DNA of 64,000 nt from an uncultured Gemmatimonadota bacterium (GCA_951812955.1 OX638340.1:2208001-2272000); one strand, 5' to 3'. Positions 48,835 to 59,373 are shown, counted from the stretch's first letter. The notes: generated from the sequence alone by a model not told the origin. Numbers and translations: made by a program.

Positions 48835-49761
48835 TCACCCCGCCTTCCTGAAGACCTCGAAACGACGGTCCAGCCGGTCCTGGTCCGGATGGTCACGGGT
48901 GCGTGAAGGCAGGTGCAGTCCCGATCCGTCCAGTTGCTTGAGGGCCTGGAGCATGGGACCGTCATCCTTGTCCAGCAGGCGGTCGGATACGTGCAGCCGG
49001 TAGTCGGGATCAATGCCGATCAGGTGGGCGTCAAAGGCCGCATGATGAATCTTGGACAGGGCCAAGCCGTTGGGTACGACGGGTTGTCCCAATGCCTCGT
49101 CGCCATCGGCAATGATGTGGGCGGCATCCAGTAACTGCGTTTCCGGTAGGCCGGTAATGGCACAGCGGCCGCGATAGGCGTGAAGGACAGCCTCGCGGAA
49201 CGTGGCTTGGTGGAGTCGTTCCTTGACCATGCGCAGGGCATACCGCCGCTCTACCGCGTTAATCGGAGCTTCCATCTCGGCCTGGTTGGGGTTCCCAAAG
49301 GCAAGCGTGGACTTGAGCGCGAATCCATCCCAATTGGAGATGAAGGTGGGAATGATCGCCTGATACCGGCTGGGAGACACACCGAGAAAGTAGATCACGG
49401 GAATCTGATTCTCCCAGGCAACCTTTAACCACTGGTTGTCTGCTGCTGCCGGGTCCTGTCCCATGAAGGCGTAGTCCACGGAATCGTTGCCCTCGAAAAT
49501 CTGGCTGTGGACCTGCTTTTGGTCGTCGTACCAGACTCGGCCGCCCGGTCTGGGGTACACGGTCCTGATCGAGAGAAGGTACCGCATCCGGCGCGGCTTG
49601 AATATGCCCCGCTGCGGATTGACAAGGGGGATCCTTTCGCCTTCGAATACGAACCCCGGCGCCAGTTCGTCCCTCGTAAGGTGGCCATGGGTTTCACTCA
49701 GCCGCCGCACGTGATCGAACGCGGCCATCCGCATCCTCGGATCTCGGTCGTCGACGTTCAT
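48835..49761 (-). CDS. HNH endonuclease with N-terminal putative DNA-reader domain
   Basis: 308 aa. C-terminal HNH_2-type motif LLDAAHIIADGDEALGQPVVPNGLALSKIHHAAFD. The N-terminal ~200 aa are uncharacterised. Confidence 0.6.
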   Translation of the reverse strand: MNVDDRDPRMRMAAFDHVRRLSETHGHLTRDELAPGFVFEGERIPLVNPQRGIFKPRRMRYLLSIRTVYPRPGGRVWYDDQKQVHSQIFEGNDSVDYAFMGQDPAAADNQWLKVAWENQIPVIYFLGVSPSRYQAIIPTFISNWDGFALKSTLAFGNPNQAEMEAPINAVERRYALRMVKERLHQATFREAVLHAYRGRCAITGLPETQLLDAAHIIADGDEALGQPVVPNGLALSKIHHAAFDAHLIGIDPDYRLHVSDRLLDKDDGPMLQALKQLDGSGLHLPSRTRDHPDQDRLDRRFEVFRKAG

Positions 49762-49770
49762 CTCAGTCCT

Positions 49771-50787
49771 TTACCCCCGGTAAATCCTCTCATTGTGCCA
49801 GGATAGTACTTCGGTGGACGGCTGGTCCACCGCATTCCTGGGAACGACAATCTGTTTCCCGTGCAAAGAGTAGTAATCGCGCCCGTTCTCGAATTCCTCC
49901 CGGACCTGTCCGCTGACCTCGAAGTGCAATTCAGGGGTCACCGTTACGTATCCGGAATCGAACAGCCCGTGGATGTCGCGCCTTAGCAGCAGTCCGTTCC
50001 TGGCTTCGTGGATGCCCCCTTCGCTGTAGGGACGGATGTGCGCGGCATCAAGGGCCGGCAGCGTCCGTTCGCGGGTAACTGCGCAACGGCGGTCGTAAAG
50101 GTCGGTTACCAGGGCCCTGAAAGCACCTTGACCGAGACGCGGTTTGACCAGTTGCGGTTTGCCGTAAAGGGTTTGCCCGGCCAGGAGGCCTGAGGGTTCG
50201 GCCACGATGCCGGCAGGATTTGCAGATACACTGGTTGGCTGTCGGAATTCCAAACGGCCGTTGACTGCGTCCCACAATGCCCGTCCGTCTGAGTCACCGG
50301 TACTAAATGTCTTTAGTGACACGATGTTCGGCGACCATGTCGACGGCACATCGACAAACTCGGATGCCTCGAAGAAGAAGGGTTGGGTAAGGATCCGGCA
50401 GCCAATCTTGTAATCGCTCGGCTCACGTGGGTCAACATTACGGTAACGTGAGATACGATTTCGCATTTCCTGCAATGTCTCGGCACCGTTGGCTTCCCCG
50501 AATGCTTCCCATGCAAGGGAACAAGGCATCACATTGGCATAGGCAAAAACGCCGCCGCCAACGATTACGTTGTACGGCGCGTGTAGCTTGAAGAGGAACA
50601 GTTCACCGGGCTGAAGTGCCTTGAAGTTCGTGCCAGAAGGCGCCCAGAAGTTGACCTCCTCCAGGTGCGGCTTCTGCCGGAGAGTCTTGAACCAGTCCCC
50701 GTCGGTCACGGCAACGACCAGCTTGATGTCCATAGCGCGAATTCCGGTAAACTTTGGTGCTATTGGGATACAGGCAGATCCGATCAA
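49771..50787 (-). CDS. HNH endonuclease with N-terminal PUA-like (EVE/ASCH-type) domain
   Basis: 338 aa (start possibly the internal Met at 50733). N-terminus WFKTLRQKPHLEEVNFWAPSGTNFKALQPGELFLFKLHAPYNVIVGGGVF resembles the EVE/PUA-like pattern. C-terminal HNH ALDAAHIRPYSEGGIHEARNGLLLRRDIHGLFD. Paralogous to the neighbouring gene. Confidence 0.6.
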   Translation of the reverse strand: MIGSACIPIAPKFTGIRAMDIKLVVAVTDGDWFKTLRQKPHLEEVNFWAPSGTNFKALQPGELFLFKLHAPYNVIVGGGVFAYANVMPCSLAWEAFGEANGAETLQEMRNRISRYRNVDPREPSDYKIGCRILTQPFFFEASEFVDVPSTWSPNIVSLKTFSTGDSDGRALWDAVNGRLEFRQPTSVSANPAGIVAEPSGLLAGQTLYGKPQLVKPRLGQGAFRALVTDLYDRRCAVTRERTLPALDAAHIRPYSEGGIHEARNGLLLRRDIHGLFDSGYVTVTPELHFEVSGQVREEFENGRDYYSLHGKQIVVPRNAVDQPSTEVLSWHNERIYRG

Positions 50788-51076
50788 CGGACAACCGCAA
50801 CCGTGCGTCTCGCTGATCGAGCCTTATCATCTAAAATAAAAGACGGCAACCATGGCAGGTCAAGTGCCGCCTGTGCGACCCGGTTTTTGACGTTTGGAAC
50901 ACAGAACGAGTGCTTCCAGATTGCCTTGACCAAATGTACCTGTTAGTTTACTGAACGTTGGTACACTTGATCTCATAAGTTATCAGGAGATTACGAGCGA
51001 GTAGTGAAAGGAACGATTCATATCTTATGTTGTGTAATTTAAATCATATATCGGAAATAGTACATAGGGGAGTTGT

Positions 51077-51274
51077 GTGGTGAATAGTAACTCAAAAGAT
51101 AATAACGAACGGCGATCGCCGATAAAAACCGCCAAACATGACAACTCGAGTGACGAAAACAATCCCCCAGCCAACCTGGCGGAAGCGATACGCGCCCGTT
51201 TTGCACCGTTGGGTGGGATAGAACTGGATCTTCCGCCACGCGAACCCATGCGCGAACCGCCCGAATTCAAATAA
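51077..51274 (+). CDS. small hypothetical protein (65 aa) at island boundary
   Basis: GTG start; AT-rich context; no motif. Could be non-coding. Confidence 0.2.
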   Translation: MVNSNSKDNNERRSPIKTAKHDNSSDENNPPANLAEAIRARFAPLGGIELDLPPREPMREPPEFK

Positions 51275-51359
51275 TGAGAACGCATTAGCGCTGACTGGAA
51301 ACTGTCCCATATGAACCCGGCAATTCCGCACTGGTAATCCAACCAACAAAGGACACCCC

Positions 51360-52754
51360 ATGCCCCCGATCGACATCGGCTCACGCCGCGAGCTCTTTGT
51401 AGACTCATTTCTGATCGACACCCTCACGGACGCCCACCAACATCTTCACGAACCCGTTCTAAAGGAGACGGTATTCCGCGTAGAGGAACCTCTGGAGAAC
51501 GCCTGTACGGGTTGCTACAACCTGGTACAGACAGACGGCAAAGTCCTGGTGTATTACCGCGGCTATCACCCCACGGGCAAACACGAGGATCTGCCCGAGG
51601 GTTGGGCGGAAACGCAGACGACAAACCTGCTGGTCAGCGATGACGGCATCCACTTCGAACGGCCGAACCTGGGCCTGGTGGAAGCGGAAGGTTCGAAGGA
51701 CAACAACATCCTCGTCCGGGGCCGCGAGGCACATAACTTCTGCGTCTTCCTGGACGGCAATCCGGAAGTGGCGCCCGATCAGCGTTTCAAGGCCGTCGGT
51801 GGAGAAGGCAGGGACAGTCTCTTCGGTTTCACTTCATCCGACGGATTGACCTGGAAACCGGTGCAGGACGGTCCCCTCGCGATCACGGGCGCCTTCGACT
51901 CGGTGAACGTGCCCCTTTGGGACGACTACGCGGGTTGCTACCGCCTCTTCAGCCGGTACTTCGAACAGACGGGGGAAGACGGCGTCGGGGTCCGGGCAAT
52001 TCAGAGCTGCACCTCGGAGGATTTCATCCACTGGACCACGCCCGAACATCACGTGTACGGCGAAGGCGTCCCGTTCGAGCACTTCTACACCAACGCCACC
52101 ACGCCATGCCCTGGCGCGGAACACATCCTGCTGTCCTTTCCCATGCGGTTCGTGCCGGAACGGACGAAGGACATCAAGGGCATGGATTACCCCGGGGGCG
52201 GCGTGTCCGACGCTATATTCATGTCGAGTCGGGACGGCGTCCACTGGGACCGGAGTTTCATGGACGCCTGGCTGCGCCCGGGCCTGGAAAAGCGCAACTG
52301 GACGCACCGCAACCAGACGCCGGCCGCGGGAATCGTTCCGACAGCCCCGGACGAATGGTCGATGTACGTCGCCGAGCATTACGGATGGGACACCAACGGC
52401 GTGAGGCGGGTGACCGTCCGTCCCCACGGTTTCGCCTCCGTCCGGGCAGGCTACTACGGTGGCGAACTGTTTACGAAACCCCTGACCTTCACCGGATCGA
52501 CGCTGTATATCAACTACTCGGCGTCCGCCGTGGGCGCCGTGTCCGTGGAGATTCAGGATACGGAAGGTCGAGCCTTGGAGGGATTTGCGGCAAACGACAT
52601 GGATCCCCTGTTCGGCGACGACCTGGACGCCCCGATTACGTGGAAGGGCTCCGACGGTCTGAATGGCCTGAACCGGCTGAACGGTGTGCCGGTCCGCCTG
52701 CGGTTCATCCTGAAGGACGCCGATCTCTTCTCGATCCGTTTCGGAGATTCCTGA
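51360..52754 (+). CDS. hypothetical glycoside-hydrolase-like protein (beta-propeller-type)
   Basis: 464 aa. No catalytic motif assignable by eye. Confidence 0.35.
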   Translation: MPPIDIGSRRELFVDSFLIDTLTDAHQHLHEPVLKETVFRVEEPLENACTGCYNLVQTDGKVLVYYRGYHPTGKHEDLPEGWAETQTTNLLVSDDGIHFERPNLGLVEAEGSKDNNILVRGREAHNFCVFLDGNPEVAPDQRFKAVGGEGRDSLFGFTSSDGLTWKPVQDGPLAITGAFDSVNVPLWDDYAGCYRLFSRYFEQTGEDGVGVRAIQSCTSEDFIHWTTPEHHVYGEGVPFEHFYTNATTPCPGAEHILLSFPMRFVPERTKDIKGMDYPGGGVSDAIFMSSRDGVHWDRSFMDAWLRPGLEKRNWTHRNQTPAAGIVPTAPDEWSMYVAEHYGWDTNGVRRVTVRPHGFASVRAGYYGGELFTKPLTFTGSTLYINYSASAVGAVSVEIQDTEGRALEGFAANDMDPLFGDDLDAPITWKGSDGLNGLNRLNGVPVRLRFILKDADLFSIRFGDS

Positions 52755-52872
52755 GAAGAATCCTGAGAAGATTCGTGAGAAATACAGACCCCGGGGTTAT
52801 CCCATCGGTATTCCGTGTCAAAGGATAGCTTTGATGAGGATTGAGGACCGGGGGCAGCGACTTCCGGCTCAC

Positions 52873-53643
52873 CTATTCAGCCTTCGGTCTGATTTTCCTG
52901 TAAATCACCGGAGTCAGGGAAATGGTAATCAGCAGGGCGAGGGCGATGCCCAGGTTGGTCAGGGCAGAGGATCTTAGCGCGGCGCGCGCCACGTCGTCGA
53001 GTTCAGTGCCGGCCATGTAGACCTGCATCAGCGACGCCGCGGTGTATGCGTAGATGAAAGTGGAAGGCGTGATGCCGATCATCGTCCCCAATACGTAGTG
53101 AATCTTCCGGATTCCGGACAGCCCGGCGGCAAAGTTGAGGAGATTGAATGGGATCAATGGGATCAGCCGTAGCTGGAGCATGCGCAGGAAACCCTGATTC
53201 CTCAGCTGGCGGTCGATCCGGTCGATCGGACCCTTGATGTAGCGGGAGATGAAATCGCGGCCCAGGTACCGGGCCAGGTCGAAGGCCAGGCTGGCGCCGA
53301 TGTTCGCGCCGACCAGCACGTAAAGCGTGCCCCACATGGCGCCGAAGGTGAACCCGGCGACAAAGGTCATGACCACCATCGGCACGCCCACCGTCGTGAG
53401 CAACGCGTACAGGCCGATGAACACCAGGGGCGCCCACCAGTAGCCCGCGATGGAATCGAAGAATCCCTCCATCGCAATGGGCTGGAGATACGCTCCCAGG
53501 GGGGTGAAGCTATAAACAAGAATGCCGGAAGAGGCGATCGCGAGCAGGATGGCCAGCTTGACGAGCGAACGCTTCCGGCTTGTTCCCTTGCCGGGGCCTA
53601 CCTGCCGCATGGCGTGTATGATTTCTTCATCGATCCATCCCAT
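52873..53643 (-). CDS. TVP38/TMEM64 (DedA/SNARE-associated) family membrane protein
   Basis: 256 aa, multi-TM, with the family glycine-rich re-entrant region FVAGFTFGAMWGTLYVLVGANIGASLAF. Confidence 0.7.
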   Translation of the reverse strand: MGWIDEEIIHAMRQVGPGKGTSRKRSLVKLAILLAIASSGILVYSFTPLGAYLQPIAMEGFFDSIAGYWWAPLVFIGLYALLTTVGVPMVVMTFVAGFTFGAMWGTLYVLVGANIGASLAFDLARYLGRDFISRYIKGPIDRIDRQLRNQGFLRMLQLRLIPLIPFNLLNFAAGLSGIRKIHYVLGTMIGITPSTFIYAYTAASLMQVYMAGTELDDVARAALRSSALTNLGIALALLITISLTPVIYRKIRPKAE

Positions 53644-53745
53644 TCGGAGCGTTGTCAGTCAGCCCGGCGTGTCGGCAGTCAGCTCGGAACATTTGCACTC
53701 GGCCCGGTGTGTCGACAGCCAGCGCTTAAACTATGATCGACCGCT

Positions 53746-54531
53746 TTACTCCGCGCGCTGCTCGTTGATGCCCCAGTCATAATGCAGGTAGTCGACGTCC
53801 ACGTCTTTCCGCTTCAGCAACGCACGCGCCGCATCATCCGGCACGTAGGGCGTGATGTACTCCAGGACTTCCTGCTGGTTCTTCCCGAAGTCGTCCTCGT
53901 ACCAGTCCATGATCGGCGACAGCCAGACGGTGTTATCCTCCGGGTCGGCTCGGAACTTACTGGGATCGGCGAAAAAGACAAGGGTATTCGCCCTCAGCTG
54001 CCGGTCCATGTCCTCCGCTGTGAACGCTTCGGTCATGAGTGGCGGGCATCCTATGGAAGCGCACACGAGGGCGAAGTGGACCAGGGGCTCGTCCATCTTG
54101 CGCAGGATATTGTGCTCGATGTCATCCAGCGAGTATTCCCTGCCCTGGATTTCGATCTTGTAATCCTTCCAGATGCTGTACCCCAACAGGCTGACGTGAT
54201 TCTTGATGCTGCTCGTGGGATAGAAGTGCAGCATCCCGCGGATCGTCAACGCGTTGTAGGTATTGATCCAGAAGGCGAAGACCTCGTTGCGGTCCTTCAG
54301 CCCACCCGGGTCCACGCCCTTGATCATCTCCAGGTAGCCGTCCAACGTACCCACGTCGCGGGCCTTCCAGGTCCGGTAGTCGATCATGCCCCGTTCATCG
54401 ACGTATTTCTTCAACAATCCGTCGTACACGGAATGGTCCACTGTGCCGCCTCCCTGCGCTCCGGCGGTTCCGGTAAACATGATCGCCGTCAGCGCAACGG
54501 TCATCAAGGTAATCCATTGTCTTGTTCGCAT
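53746..54531 (-). CDS. DUF547 domain protein, secreted
   Basis: 261 aa. Signal peptide. WINTYNALTIRGMLHFYP and ALVCASIGCPPL match the DUF547 core. Confidence 0.65.
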   Translation of the reverse strand: MRTRQWITLMTVALTAIMFTGTAGAQGGGTVDHSVYDGLLKKYVDERGMIDYRTWKARDVGTLDGYLEMIKGVDPGGLKDRNEVFAFWINTYNALTIRGMLHFYPTSSIKNHVSLLGYSIWKDYKIEIQGREYSLDDIEHNILRKMDEPLVHFALVCASIGCPPLMTEAFTAEDMDRQLRANTLVFFADPSKFRADPEDNTVWLSPIMDWYEDDFGKNQQEVLEYITPYVPDDAARALLKRKDVDVDYLHYDWGINEQRAE

Positions 54532-54641
54532 CGTTCGCGCCCCCTATTTCCCTTGCCCGAGGTGGGATTTCCTGCTATCTTTCGTTCACTTCCGCAGACG
54601 TTCCACGGACCGGTTACATCCTTCCCAGGCGGTAAGAAACT

Positions 54642-55208
54642 ATGGAAACGAAATCTCGCGTCAACATCGTCTACGTCCTCGCCGCGCTCCTGATCCTGGC
54701 CGGATTGATCTCGGCCATCGTGGGCGAAATGAGATCGCCCGAAGTGGCCGTCATATTCGATGCGGATGGCTCAATCTCTTCTAACCCCTACTCGGTCGAT
54801 CTGGAATTCGCCTTGACGGACGCCGACGAGAACGAATTCACCATCGCGCAGTTCGAGGGCCAGGTCCGGGTCGTCAACTTCTGGGCCACCTGGTGCCCCC
54901 CATGCCGCGACGAGATCCCCGACTTCCAGGCGTTCCATGAGAAGTACGAAGAAAAGGGCGTCAAGGTCATCGGCATCGCCCTCGACGAGCAAGGTGCGGA
55001 AATCGTACAGCCATTCGTCGAGGAAATGAACATGACCTACCTTTCCCTCATCGACACCACGCAGAAGGCCGCCAGGGAATTCGGTGGGATCTACGGTATT
55101 CCGACCACCTTCATCATCGACCGCGACGGAATGGTCCAGAAGAAACACGTAGGCTACATGTCCTACGAAAACCTGGAATCCGCCGTGCTGCCGCTGCTGG
55201 CAAACTAG
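54642..55208 (+). CDS. TlpA/ResA-family thiol:disulfide oxidoreductase (thioredoxin fold), membrane-anchored
   Basis: 188 aa. N-terminal TM; active site WATWCPPCRDE. Confidence 0.85.
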   Translation: METKSRVNIVYVLAALLILAGLISAIVGEMRSPEVAVIFDADGSISSNPYSVDLEFALTDADENEFTIAQFEGQVRVVNFWATWCPPCRDEIPDFQAFHEKYEEKGVKVIGIALDEQGAEIVQPFVEEMNMTYLSLIDTTQKAAREFGGIYGIPTTFIIDRDGMVQKKHVGYMSYENLESAVLPLLAN

Positions 55209-55362
55209 GTTACATCTGCTGCTGGCGAACTAGGTGTTACATTCGGCCGATGCGCGTCGGTATATACGGCCACGGCTCCTCCGGCCGCTGCTCCTCCGGC
55301 TGTTTCCCGTACTCGATCCGATGCTTTGCCGTACGCGCCGAAATCACCTCCCCGAGCAGAAT

Positions 55363-55953
55363 TCACCTCTCCGTGCCGTGCAGTCTCCCGAGCGTCAGCG
55401 CCAGGTTACGCCCCAATCCCTCCACCGCCGCCTGGCGCTTCTCGTCTTTCAAACTACCATCATCCGTAAACGCTCCGTGCGCGCCCGGAACCGCCACCTG
55501 GTCCGGCAGGATCATGACGTGGATGTTGCTTAAGATCGATCGCACGTGCACGAGTCCGCGCAGACCGCCCAGCGCACCTGGCGAAGCGCTCATCAACGCG
55601 GCCGTCTTGTTCCGGAAGACCGCCAGCCTCTCCTCGCCCGGCGCGGGCCTGGATGCCCAGTCGATCGTGTTCTTGAGGAGCGGCGTGATCGAACTGTTGT
55701 ATTCCGGCGCGGCGATCAGCAGTCCCTGGCTGGCCATCATCAGCGCCTTGAAGCGGACCGCGTTCTCTGGAATTCCATCTCGTTCTTCCAGGTCGCCGTC
55801 GTACAGTGGCATGGGGTAGTCGCGCATATCGACCAGGTCGACCGCGGCTCCGGCCTCCTCTGCGCCACGCGCCGCGATACCGACCAGTTTCCTGTTGAAA
55901 GAACCGGTCCGCGCACTGCCGGCAAATGCAAGAATTCTGGGTACATAGCTCAT
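55363..55953 (-). CDS. NAD(P)H-dependent FMN reductase family oxidoreductase
   Basis: Flavodoxin-like N-terminus MSYVPRILAFAGSARTGSFNRKL. Internal start preferred over the ORF-track start at 55974. Confidence 0.7.
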   Translation of the reverse strand: MSYVPRILAFAGSARTGSFNRKLVGIAARGAEEAGAAVDLVDMRDYPMPLYDGDLEERDGIPENAVRFKALMMASQGLLIAAPEYNSSITPLLKNTIDWASRPAPGEERLAVFRNKTAALMSASPGALGGLRGLVHVRSILSNIHVMILPDQVAVPGAHGAFTDDGSLKDEKRQAAVEGLGRNLALTLGRLHGTER

Positions 55954-56484
55954 ATGGTTTTCGCTTTCTCCCACTGTTGATTCAGTTATTTAAATAGTAG
56001 TCCTGAACTATTTCAGCATCATTACTAAGCCACGCCGGAATCGCCCAGCGGCGCGACTTCCAGCCTACTGTCCCGCACGACCTTCAGCCCATTCTCCCAC
56101 GGCACGAACCGGGTCCGCGTTGGCTCCGCCCCGCCGCACGAGCTTCAACCCTCGATGGCACCGCTCCACAGCGAGTCCCGCGGAACGACCCTAAGGTACT
56201 ATAAAAAGTCGTGATACAAACCCCGAAAGTCAAGGGAGGATTAGACACTGAATGCGCCGGTCCGATCGGCTGCTTCACCCCTTCCGGCAAGGACTTTCCA
56301 GGCGGTTGAACGACGGAGAAACACCTTGACTGCAGGGGCTTGTATTGCTATGGTTCCAACATCGTAAACGCAACGTCCTCACAGGGCTTTCCGACGCGCT
56401 GCCGCGATGGGTTCAGCGCGGTATTCCGAGACGGAATCCCGGTTACTCCGAACCGGCCGGAAACCGGCCAATCCAATCCCGCCC

Positions 56485-59226
56485 ATGCCCCGATCCAAAG
56501 GAACGCTGACGCCCGCCATGGCGCAATACGCCAGGATGAAGGATCAGCACAAGGATGCGATTCTCTTCTTCCGCATGGGGGATTTCTACGAGACCTTCGA
56601 AGACGACGCCAAACTGGTGTCGCGCGTCCTGGGCATCACGCTGACTGCCCGCAACTCGGGCACCGGCGGCGGTGAGAAGACGCCGCTGGCCGGCGTGCCC
56701 TATCACGCCGTGGAAAAGTACATCGCCGAACTCGTAGGTTCGGGATACAAAGTGGCGGTCTGCGAGCAGGTTGAAGATCCGAAAAAGGCCCGCGGCGTGG
56801 TCAAGCGGGACGTGGTTGAGGTCGTCACGCCGGGGACGACGATGCTGGCGCAGACCCTCGATCCCGGCGAGAACAACTACATGGTCGCTCTCGCATTCGA
56901 CGAGGCAGAATACGGCCTGGCCTTTCTCGATCTGTCCACCGGCGAGTTCCGTGCGGCGGAACTGAACGAAGAAAACCTGCTCAGCGAGCTCAATCGCCTC
57001 GATCCCGCCGAAGCGATCGTGTCCTACGACTGGGCGGAGCAGGCAGCGGCCCTGCTCGAACCCCGGTTCCCCGAAATGGCGATCAGCCGCCTGGAGGAGT
57101 GGGCGTTTTCATACGATCACGCCCGCCAGGTCCTGCTCGATCATTTCGAGGTGTTGACGCTCAAGGGATTCGGCTGCGACGAAATGGCCGGCGGCGTCTC
57201 CGCGGCGGGCGGCATGCTGGTCTATCTCCGGGAGACCCAGAAGAACCGGCTGGCCCACCTGAAGTCCATGGCCCGCTACGACGTCGCGGACTCCATGCTG
57301 ATGGACACGGAGACCCAGCGCAACCTGGAGTTGATTACCTCGTTGCGGGACGGCGGCCGCGAAGGTACGCTCCTTTCCGTGATGGACCGGACGTACACGC
57401 CCATGGGCGCTCGGTACATGCGCCAGGCAATCACCCGGCCGCTGGTTTCGGCCGAAGCCGTCCTGGCCCGCCAGGGGGCGGTGGGCGAACTCCATGCGGA
57501 GCACGGCACGCGGGACGCATTCGCGGACCTGCTCAAGACCATGGGGGACCTGGAGCGCCTTGCGGCCAGGGTCGGATCCGAACGGGCGAATGCCCGCGAC
57601 CTGATCGCGTTGAAGACCGCCCTGCACGTGATCCCGGTCATCAAGGAAACGCTCAAAAGCCTGAAAGCCGGATTGTCCGCAGGCCTCCGGGACGGGCTGC
57701 GGGAACTGAAATCCCTGGCGGAGAATCTGGATCGAGCCCTGGTGGACGATCCGCCCCTCTCGCTTACGGAAGGCGGGCTCATCCGGGCAGCATACAACGA
57801 GGAGCTCGATGATCTGCGCACGGTCAGTTCGGGCGGAAAACGCTGGATCGCAGAACTGCAGCAGAAGGAACGGGAGCGCACGGGGATCCAGTCCCTCAAG
57901 GTCGACTACAACCGCGTCTTCGGCTACTACATCGAGGTCACCAAACCGAACCTGCACCGGCTGGAAGGCGAATACATCCGCAAGCAGACCATGCGCAACG
58001 CGGAGCGGTTCTTCACCCCGGAGCTCAAGGAATACGAGGAGAAGATCCTGGGCGCCGAGGAAAAGATCGGGGAGCTGGAATATGCCCTTTTCCTCGAACT
58101 CCGGGAGGAGGTGGCCGCGAGCCTGGGCGAGATCCAGGGCAATGGCCGATCGATCGCGCAACTGGACTTCCTGACCGCGCTGGCCGAACTGGCCGCCCGG
58201 AACGACTACGTGGCCCCGGAGATCGACGATGGATCCGTCCTGGAGATCGACGACGGACGCCACCCTGTGGTGGAGCAACTGTTGCAAGGCGAAGCCTTCG
58301 TCCCCAACGATACGCAGCTCGACACCCGGACAAAACAGATCGCCCTCATCACCGGGCCGAACATGGCCGGCAAGAGCACCTATCTCCGCCAGGTGGGCCT
58401 GATCGTACTCATGGCCCAGGTCGGTTCCTTCGTCCCGGCGCGGTCCGCGCGGATCGGCATCGTGGACCGCATCTTCACGCGCGTCGGCGCCTCCGACAAC
58501 CTGGCCCGGGGCGAAAGCACCTTTCTCGTAGAGATGAACGAGACCGCCAACATTCTGAACAACGCGACGCCGCGAAGTCTCGTCCTCCTCGACGAGATCG
58601 GGCGGGGCACGAGCACCTACGACGGGCTGAGCATCGCCTGGTCGGTCACGGAGTTCCTCCACAACACGCCGGAACGGGCGGCCAAGACCCTCTTCGCCAC
58701 GCATTACCACGAACTGATCGAACTGGCTTCGAGTCTCGACCGGATCGCCAACTACAACGTGGCTATCCGGGAGCAGGACGACCGGATCGTATTTCTGAGG
58801 AAGGTGATGCCCGGCGGGAGCGACCGCAGTTACGGGATCCAGGTGGCGCGCATGGCTGGGTTGCCGCGCAGCGTGGTCGAGCGAGCCCGGGTCATCCTGG
58901 CCAACCTGGAGGGCGAGGACCTTGCTCCGGGCGGCCAGGATGGCCAGGGCGGCGTCGAGGACGCGGATGGAACGGGCGGCGCGGCGGGCTCGGATGGCGC
59001 GGGTGGACCAGGTAGTCCGGCTGGCGCGGCGGGCGAGGCGGGCACACCGCGCCACGGAATGCCCAGGGCGGAAAGCGCCGAATACCAGCTCAGCCTGTTC
59101 CTGCCTGCGGACCATCCGGTCGTCGAGGACATCAAGGAACTCGATCTGGACGTAATGACGCCGGTCGAAGCCATGAACGCCCTGTACCGGCTACAGCAGA
59201 AAGCCGCGGATCCCGATGGCGAATAG
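56485..59226 (+). CDS. mutS: DNA mismatch repair protein MutS
   Basis: Start at the conserved TPAMAQYARMK...FFRMGDFYETF. Walker A GPNMAGKSTYLRQ. Family signature STFLVEMNE, DEIGRGTSTYDG. The ORF-track start at 56407 is too long. Confidence 0.93.
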   Translation: MPRSKGTLTPAMAQYARMKDQHKDAILFFRMGDFYETFEDDAKLVSRVLGITLTARNSGTGGGEKTPLAGVPYHAVEKYIAELVGSGYKVAVCEQVEDPKKARGVVKRDVVEVVTPGTTMLAQTLDPGENNYMVALAFDEAEYGLAFLDLSTGEFRAAELNEENLLSELNRLDPAEAIVSYDWAEQAAALLEPRFPEMAISRLEEWAFSYDHARQVLLDHFEVLTLKGFGCDEMAGGVSAAGGMLVYLRETQKNRLAHLKSMARYDVADSMLMDTETQRNLELITSLRDGGREGTLLSVMDRTYTPMGARYMRQAITRPLVSAEAVLARQGAVGELHAEHGTRDAFADLLKTMGDLERLAARVGSERANARDLIALKTALHVIPVIKETLKSLKAGLSAGLRDGLRELKSLAENLDRALVDDPPLSLTEGGLIRAAYNEELDDLRTVSSGGKRWIAELQQKERERTGIQSLKVDYNRVFGYYIEVTKPNLHRLEGEYIRKQTMRNAERFFTPELKEYEEKILGAEEKIGELEYALFLELREEVAASLGEIQGNGRSIAQLDFLTALAELAARNDYVAPEIDDGSVLEIDDGRHPVVEQLLQGEAFVPNDTQLDTRTKQIALITGPNMAGKSTYLRQVGLIVLMAQVGSFVPARSARIGIVDRIFTRVGASDNLARGESTFLVEMNETANILNNATPRSLVLLDEIGRGTSTYDGLSIAWSVTEFLHNTPERAAKTLFATHYHELIELASSLDRIANYNVAIREQDDRIVFLRKVMPGGSDRSYGIQVARMAGLPRSVVERARVILANLEGEDLAPGGQDGQGGVEDADGTGGAAGSDGAGGPGSPAGAAGEAGTPRHGMPRAESAEYQLSLFLPADHPVVEDIKELDLDVMTPVEAMNALYRLQQKAADPDGE

Positions 59227-59373
59227 CACGCTTCGGAGAGAGTAGCCGCGTGGGTGTAGAGAGGAGCCGTGCGCATCGTCTTCTCCGCCCTGCTCGTCAA
59301 CGACGACTCCATATGTAGGTGGCATGATCGGCATTCCTGCCGCCATGCTCTTCAACCCCGACTCCTAAGGTAG

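Noticed and set aside
55975-56484. A tRNA or small RNA in the 500-bp gap before mutS
   Set aside because: I found no cloverleaf-compatible segment or conserved tRNA boxes by eye. It would need tRNAscan or Infernal to exclude.
57109-59115. 668-aa minus-strand ORF
   Set aside because: Antisense shadow of mutS.
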